Virus record (IMG/VR): IMGVR_UViG_3300047552_000023
Direction: 5' to 3' (one strand)
Origin: a virus
DNA: 34,305 nucleotides
The position numbers and the translations under genes are program-made. Positions 29,165-34,305 of the stretch are shown here, piece by piece. Positions within the stretch are counted from its first letter, which is position 1; every line of letters begins with the position of its first letter. The notes below the pieces were generated by a model that saw only the letters and a list, made by a program, of their open reading frames with translations, ran no database searches and was not told where the DNA came from.

Positions 29165-29431
29165 ATGAGCAAAGCTGGTCGCCCCATTGGGAAGTTACAT
29201 CAAGACGACATTCGCAAGAAAATCCAAGCGAGTCAATTGATAAATGTCTTGCAAGATCATGCACTTACAGGTGAAGGCGAAATAACGCCTACACGCATGA
29301 AAGCAATTGAAATCCTTTTGCGTAAATCTATACCTGATTTGAGTTCTGTTGAGATTAGCGGTGACGAGGCAAACCCGCTAAACATGATTCAGACCATCAA
29401 CATCAATCTCAAGAAGCCTAATGAATCTTGA
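29165..29431 (+). CDS. terS: Terminase small subunit (putative)
   Basis: 88 aa. MSKAGRPIGK...TPTRMKAIEILLRKSIPDLSSVE resembles small-terminase N-termini. It overlaps the terL start by 11 nt. Confidence 0.55.
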   Translation: MSKAGRPIGKLHQDDIRKKIQASQLINVLQDHALTGEGEITPTRMKAIEILLRKSIPDLSSVEISGDEANPLNMIQTININLKKPNES

Positions 29432-30671
29432 ACTAGATTTCCCTGAAAAACTGGGATTCTTGTTTGAGCCAGCACGATACAAAATCCTTTACGGTGGTAG
29501 GGGTTCAGGTAAATCGTGGGGTGTTGCTCGCGCTTTGATCGCCATTGCAGTTCAAAAGCCGACTAGGGTTCTCTGCGCCCGTGAGCTTCAAAACTCAATC
29601 TCAGACTCAGTTATTGCCCTGCTCCATGACCAAATCAAGGCTATGGGGCTTGAGTCGTTTTTTGACGTACAGCGTACAGCTATCTACGGAGTCAACGGCT
29701 CTGAGTTCTCGTTTGCTGGTCTGAAACACAACGTCACATCCATCAAGTCGTTTGAGGGCGTGGATATTTGCTGGATTGAAGAAGGTCAGGCGGTGTCTAA
29801 AGTCTCTTGGGAAACCCTGATTCCTACCATCCGCAAGCCAAACTCTGAGATTTGGGTGACTTTCAACCCTGATCTAGATACTGACGAGACTTACAAGCGA
29901 TTCGTGATTAACGCGCCAGCAAGCGCACAAGTCCACAAGGTCAACTGGTCTGATAACCCTTGGTTTCCTGAAGTTCTCAAAGAGGAGCTTGAAAACCTCA
30001 AAGAGAAGGACATGGACAGCTATCTCAACGTCTGGGAAGGTCACACCCGTCAGATGTTGGATGGCGCTGTTTACGCTAACGAGCTAAGAAAAGCCCAAGA
30101 GGACAACAGAATCCGTGACTTGCTGATTGACAAGACTATCCCTGTCCAGACGTTCTGGGACTTGGGGTGGGCAGATATGACTTCAATTTGGTTTGTTCAG
30201 GCAATCCCTGGCGGTGAAGTGCGAGTCATCGACTTCTATCAAAACTGCCAAAAGCCAATTGACCACTACGCTCAAATCCTGCAAGACAAGGGCTACATCT
30301 ATCGTGATTGGTGGCTACCACACGATGCAGAACACAAGAATATGACGGGTCGTTCGGTCAAAGACATTCTGACTGAGATGGGCAAACCAGTACGAATCAC
30401 GCCAAAACTGTCAATTTCTGACGGTATCAACGCTGCTCGTATGCTGCTCAACAGGTGTTACTTTGACGAAACACGCTGTGCTGACGGACTCCAAAACCTA
30501 CGCCATTACCGCTATGACGTAGACCCAAACACAAAGATGTTTAGCAATAAACCGCTTCACGATCAGCACTCACACGCTGCTGACGCTTTCCGTTACCTTG
30601 CCGTTGGACTAGATGAATCAGGTTCATCTTGGTCTAAATCCATCAACCAACCAAAGAAATGGGTCGTATGA
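29421..30671 (+). CDS. terL: Terminase large subunit
   Basis: 416 aa. It has a Walker A in YKILYGGRGSGKSWGVARAL, a Walker B-like VDICWIEEGQ, and C-terminal nuclease acidic residues (WDLGWADMT, HDAEH, HAADAFRY). Confidence 0.9.
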   Translation: MNLELDFPEKLGFLFEPARYKILYGGRGSGKSWGVARALIAIAVQKPTRVLCARELQNSISDSVIALLHDQIKAMGLESFFDVQRTAIYGVNGSEFSFAGLKHNVTSIKSFEGVDICWIEEGQAVSKVSWETLIPTIRKPNSEIWVTFNPDLDTDETYKRFVINAPASAQVHKVNWSDNPWFPEVLKEELENLKEKDMDSYLNVWEGHTRQMLDGAVYANELRKAQEDNRIRDLLIDKTIPVQTFWDLGWADMTSIWFVQAIPGGEVRVIDFYQNCQKPIDHYAQILQDKGYIYRDWWLPHDAEHKNMTGRSVKDILTEMGKPVRITPKLSISDGINAARMLLNRCYFDETRCADGLQNLRHYRYDVDPNTKMFSNKPLHDQHSHAADAFRYLAVGLDESGSSWSKSINQPKKWVV

Positions 30672-30856
30672 ACTACATAATCCGCAAAGGCGATATTCCT
30701 GACAACCGTAGAATTGAGGCACTTGAGCGCCGAATTGATTTGCTTGAAAATATGGTAAACGCATTACAATCGGAGCAACGCCCAAAGATGGGCAGGCCAC
30801 CAAAGGTAAAAGATGAGCCAAGAAAAACTGAAAGCGATCATCTCAGCGGAGATTGA
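30668..30856 (+). CDS. Small ORF (62 aa) between terL and portal
   Basis: ATGA overlap with the terL stop. It contains a coiled segment and GRPPKVK. It overlaps the portal start by 44 nt, so coding status is uncertain. Confidence 0.35.
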   Translation: MNYIIRKGDIPDNRRIEALERRIDLLENMVNALQSEQRPKMGRPPKVKDEPRKTESDHLSGD

Positions 30857-32894
30857 TAACTCGATTGGTTTCTTAGAAACAGAAACCACGCAACAACGCA
30901 CAGACGCAATTCAAGCCTATTTGCGTCAACCTTACGGCAACGAGGTCGAAGGTAAGTCATCCATCGTTACTGGTGAAGTCGCTGAAGCTGTGGATGGCGC
31001 TTTGCCACCTTTGGTTCGCATCTTCTCGTCAAGTGACGAAGTTGTGCGCTTTGACGCTCGTGGCCCACAAGATGAGGCTGGCGCTAAACAAGCCACCGAA
31101 TACTGTAACTGGGTGTTCATGCGTGACAATGACGGTCTTATTGTCATGCACGATTGGTTCAAAGATGCTCTATTACAAAAAGTTGGTGTCGTTAAAGCCT
31201 ATTGGGAAGACAAAGAAGACGTCACGAAAGAAAAATATCGTGATCTGTCTGACGATGAGTTGGCAATGCTTCTTTCTGACGAAACAATGGAAGTCGTTGA
31301 GAAAGAGGTTGTCGAAAACGAACTGCTAGACCCTATGGGTAATACTGTGCTTGACCAACTCGGTCAGCCTGTGATGTATTCGTCTAACAGCGTAACAGTT
31401 CAAAAGAAAAAGAAGTCTGGTCATGTGGTTGTGGAAAACATACCGCCAGAGGAGTTCTTGATCTCCAAGCGTGCCAAGCGTAGCCCTGAAGATTCGCCAT
31501 TTGTGGCACATCGCCGCCTAATCACTCGTAGCGACTTGATCGCAATGGGTTTTGATGCTGACGTGGTGAATGGCTTGCAATCGTCAGATTCGCTGACTTT
31601 CTCGCCTGAATACTTGGCTCGCGTCAGCAACGGTGAGAATCCTGATGACGGTCAAAGCCTTGACGAAGCAATGCAAACCATTGAGGTGTTTGAGTGCTAC
31701 GTTCGCGCCGACATTGATGGTGACGGTATCGCTGAACTGCGCCAAGTTTTCTACGCCTCAAACGAGATTTTGAGCGATGAGGAAACTGACTACGTTCCGT
31801 TCCACTCACTCTGCCCAATCCCAACTCCACACAAGTTTTTTGGCGAATCGTTGGCAGATCGCACAATGGACATTCAGCTTATCAAGACCACTCTGACTCG
31901 TCAGATTCTCGATAACCTGTATCTAACAAACAACGCCCGTGTGACAGCCGTTGACGGTCAAGTAAACCTTGACGACTTGCTGACTTCAAGCGCAGGTGGT
32001 GTGATTCGCGTAAAGACGCCTGGCGCTGTGAGCCAATTGAATGTGCAATCAATCGCAGGTCAGACATTCCCATTCTTGCAATACCTTGATTCTGTCCAAC
32101 AGAAACGCACTGGCGTAACTGAGGCAAGCCAAGGCTTAGACCCATCTATCCTGCAAAACGTCACTGCCGCTGCTGTTGCTTCTATGCAGCAAAGCTCTGC
32201 TGGCAAGATTGAGATGATCGCTCGAATCTTTGCTGAAACAGGCGTTAAGTCATTGTTCAAAGGCATCTTGCATCTTCTCTGCAAGTACCAAGACAAGCCA
32301 CGAATCATCCGTATGCGTGGTCAATACGTTCAATTTGACCCACGTGAGTGGTCGAATCAGTACGATGTGGACATTAACGTTGGTTTGGGCGCTGGCAACC
32401 GCCAAGAGCAAATGGCAATGTTGAACATGGTTCTCGCTAAACAAGAGCAAATCTTGGGTCAAATGGGGCCAGCTAATCCATTGGTAACAATGGGTCAGTA
32501 CCGCAACACATTGGGTCGTATGGTTGAAGCTGCTGGCTTTAAGGATTCTGCCGAGTTCTACAAGTCCATCACGCCTGAACAAGATCAGATGATGAGCCAA
32601 CCACAACCTCAACAACAGCAAATTCCACCTGAAGTGCAAGCGTATATGGCTAAGACTCAGGCAGATATTCAAGCTCAACAAGCTAAAGCACAGGCTGACA
32701 TTCAGTTGGCACAGCAAAAAGCTGTTGCTGACTTGCAATTGATGCGTGAAAAGAACGCTGCTCAGATCGAATTGGAGCGTGAAAAGGCTGCTGCTCAAAT
32801 GGCTCTAAAGCAAGAGGAATTCTTGGCAGAGGCTCAAATGAAAGCCATGAAGGTTGGTGCTGGCATCACTTCTAACGTTGAAATTCCAGGTTAA
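30813..32894 (+). CDS. Portal protein
   Basis: 693 aa. DGDGIAELRQVFY...PHKFFGESLADRTMDIQLIKTTLTRQILDNLYLTNNAR...GGVIRVK is a typical portal core. The C-terminal tail is Gln-rich and coiled. Confidence 0.85.
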   Translation: MSQEKLKAIISAEIDNSIGFLETETTQQRTDAIQAYLRQPYGNEVEGKSSIVTGEVAEAVDGALPPLVRIFSSSDEVVRFDARGPQDEAGAKQATEYCNWVFMRDNDGLIVMHDWFKDALLQKVGVVKAYWEDKEDVTKEKYRDLSDDELAMLLSDETMEVVEKEVVENELLDPMGNTVLDQLGQPVMYSSNSVTVQKKKKSGHVVVENIPPEEFLISKRAKRSPEDSPFVAHRRLITRSDLIAMGFDADVVNGLQSSDSLTFSPEYLARVSNGENPDDGQSLDEAMQTIEVFECYVRADIDGDGIAELRQVFYASNEILSDEETDYVPFHSLCPIPTPHKFFGESLADRTMDIQLIKTTLTRQILDNLYLTNNARVTAVDGQVNLDDLLTSSAGGVIRVKTPGAVSQLNVQSIAGQTFPFLQYLDSVQQKRTGVTEASQGLDPSILQNVTAAAVASMQQSSAGKIEMIARIFAETGVKSLFKGILHLLCKYQDKPRIIRMRGQYVQFDPREWSNQYDVDINVGLGAGNRQEQMAMLNMVLAKQEQILGQMGPANPLVTMGQYRNTLGRMVEAAGFKDSAEFYKSITPEQDQMMSQPQPQQQQIPPEVQAYMAKTQADIQAQQAKAQADIQLAQQKAVADLQLMREKNAAQIELEREKAAAQMALKQEEFLAEAQMKAMKVGAGITSNVEIPG

Positions 32895-32905
32895 AGGGGA
32901 ACAAT

Positions 32906-33715
32906 ATGGGATGGGGACTAGGCAGCTTAAACCCTGTAAAAATTGCACAGAAGGCAATAAACACGGCTGGAGATATTGGTCAAGGTGCTATTGATACAGC
33001 AAAAGACCTTGGCGCTGGACTTGATAGAACCGTAAGAAGCACATTGCCTGGCGGCTGGACTACTGCCGCTTTGTTGGCTGCTGGTTATTACTATTCACCT
33101 GAAATCAATGCTTATCTAAGTGCTGATGGCACAACAATGGCCGCTGGTGCTGATGTTGCAGCCGCTGATGCTGCTGCCGCTACTGCCGCAGAACAAGCTG
33201 CCGCCGCAGCCGCCGCTGAACAAGCCGCCGCAGCTCAAGCTGCTGAGATTGCCGCACAAAATGCCGCTTGGGATGCTGCCGCAATTGATCTTGCTAATTC
33301 AGCATCCCCTGTATTTGCCACATCTGCCGCTGCTGCTGGTTTGACTTTTAAAGAGGCTTTGGACTACGCTCGCGCTGGTTTGTTGGTGAACGCATTAACT
33401 GGTGACCCACTTGGACTGTCTGATGTAACTGGTAGCGGTGGTAACACATACGCCAATCAAGGCTTTGCACAAGTTCCAATTCCTGAAGATTGGAAGTCGC
33501 CAACTTACGCTGCTTCATCTGCACCAATTGACTTAGAGTCGATTTTCAGCAATCAGAATATGCTTGGTGGCACACAATGGGCTGGTTTGCCAAGTCAACG
33601 CAATATGTCGTTCAATGATATATTTGCCGCAGGACAGCAATCAACGCCAATGGGTACGCCTGTTGACATTAACCAGATCGTGAGTTCAATCCTTGGACAA
33701 ACCACAGTTAGCTAA
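32906..33715 (+). CDS. Ala-rich low-complexity head-module protein
   Basis: 269 aa with a GGGGA RBS. It has a poly-Ala/Gln core (AAADAAAATAAEQAAAAAAAEQAAAAQAAEIAAQNAA) and lies between portal and scaffold. Confidence 0.5.
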   Translation: MGWGLGSLNPVKIAQKAINTAGDIGQGAIDTAKDLGAGLDRTVRSTLPGGWTTAALLAAGYYYSPEINAYLSADGTTMAAGADVAAADAAAATAAEQAAAAAAAEQAAAAQAAEIAAQNAAWDAAAIDLANSASPVFATSAAAAGLTFKEALDYARAGLLVNALTGDPLGLSDVTGSGGNTYANQGFAQVPIPEDWKSPTYAASSAPIDLESIFSNQNMLGGTQWAGLPSQRNMSFNDIFAAGQQSTPMGTPVDINQIVSSILGQTTVS

Positions 33716-33923
33716 AAACCTACTCAATGACGACTTTTTCAAAGGCGAGATCGAAGCCTTGAAGTCAATTGAGATGCAAAAGATTATTCATTCACAACCG
33801 CATCAGGTTGATGAAAGAGAAGTTGCGTATATGAAAATAAACGCATTACAATCTGTTATAGGACACTTTGAATCTTTGGCTGCTACAAAGCAGATCAACG
33901 AAAAGAAGTGGAAAATCCTGTAA
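33693..33923 (+). CDS. Hypothetical head-module protein (start uncertain: TTG 33693 or ATG 33774)
   Basis: 76-aa track ORF. No convincing SD precedes either start. Confidence 0.4.
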   Translation: MDKPQLAKNLLNDDFFKGEIEALKSIEMQKIIHSQPHQVDEREVAYMKINALQSVIGHFESLAATKQINEKKWKIL

Positions 33924-33962
33924 TCCGTGGTCTACGGTTTAGACTGACAATTTGGGAATCAA

Positions 33963-34305
33963 ATGAGCGAAAACACGACACCGCAAGGTAGTGGGCCGCT
34001 GACGGTGGACACAGCCGCAGCAGCATTTCTAGGCATGATGGATGCAGCAGAGGGAGCTGAAAACAGCCAACCTGAAACTGAGGAAGCCGCCGAGGAATAT
34101 GTTGAGGAATCTGAGTCACAGTTGGTAGATTCTGAAGAAGCTGAAGAACAGCCTACACGAACTTTCCGCATTAAAGCTGCTGGTGAAGATCGTGAAGTAA
34201 CTGAGACTGAGCTTATTGAGGGCTACCAATTAGGCGCGGATTACACCAAGAAAACCCAGAAACTTGCTGAAGAACGCAAAGCGGTGGAAGCCGAACGAGC
34301 GAAAA
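33963..34305 (+). CDS. Scaffolding protein, 5' part (runs off the window; continues at 3-722)
   Basis: ATG 33963 with no stop before the window end. It has an acidic N-terminus (EEAAEEYVEESESQLVDSEEAEE). The last 117 nt duplicate bases 1-117. Confidence 0.65.
   Translation, partial: MSENTTPQGSGPLTVDTAAAAFLGMMDAAEGAENSQPETEEAAEEYVEESESQLVDSEEAEEQPTRTFRIKAAGEDREVTETELIEGYQLGADYTKKTQKLAEERKAVEAERAK
34189..34305. repeat. Terminal direct repeat copy 2 (circular-assembly overlap)
   Basis: Identical to bases 1-117. Confidence 0.9.

Noticed and set aside
32250-32798. A 182-aa minus-strand ORF inside the portal gene.
   Set aside because: It is antisense to the portal's Gln-rich C-terminal region, and its Leu/Ser-rich sequence is low-complexity.
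1-34305. A lysogeny module (integrase, attP, CI repressor), tRNA or rRNA genes, a CRISPR array, or transposable elements anywhere in the window.
   Set aside because: Every ORF of 60 aa or more was inspected and none has integrase, recombinase or transposase motifs. The intergenic gaps are too short and lack tRNA-like structure.

Overview
The window is one complete, circularly closed dsDNA phage genome of 34188 bp. Bases 1-117 repeat exactly at 34189-34305, inside a single ORF, so the linear ends are an assembly overlap rather than physical termini.

Layout:
- A divergent control region (19103-19237) drives two arms.
- The short leftward (-) early arm runs 19102->14815. It holds a tail-anchored microprotein, a protein built from 19 tandem hexapeptide repeats, an Erf annealase, a membrane microprotein, a YqaJ exonuclease, a small protein with an SSB-type acidic tip, a wHTH protein, a DUF2591-like protein and several tiny overlapping ORFs.
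- The long rightward (+) arm holds a Cro-like HTH, a secreted Cys-rich peptide, a MazG-like protein, a DUF1376 replication module, a PP-loop/PAPS-reductase-like ATPase, about 18 small nin-like ORFs chained by ATGA overlaps, a PD-(D/E)XK nuclease, DUF3310 and a Cys/His protein. It ends at a strong intrinsic terminator (25901-25924).
- The late operon starts 11 nt after that terminator and wraps around the junction to 14818. It opens with a five-gene coupled cargo module: a HiPIP-like Cys protein, a DUF6496-like microprotein, a TcdB/Och1-type DXD glycosyltransferase, an FkbM methyltransferase and a 450-aa protein with PARP-like H-Y-x motifs.
- The rest of the late operon is TerS, TerL, portal, scaffold, major capsid protein, a GT-A glycosyltransferase, adaptor-like proteins, a highly repetitive fibre-like protein, a nozzle-like protein, a jelly-roll fibre, three ejection-type proteins, a peptidase-S74 tail fibre, membrane proteins, a holin and a GH19 endolysin.

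I saw no tail tube, sheath or tape-measure gene, so the virion is probably podovirus-like. I also saw no integrase, CI-type repressor, DNA polymerase, tRNA, rRNA, CRISPR array or IS element.

All family names come from motif recognition by eye and need HMM or structure confirmation. The candidates I rate highest are the late-operon cargo module (25936-29118), the hexapeptide-repeat protein next to erf (18189-18905), the secreted Cys peptide (19405-19557) and the repeat fibre protein with an exact W-x9 periodicity (3653-4480).
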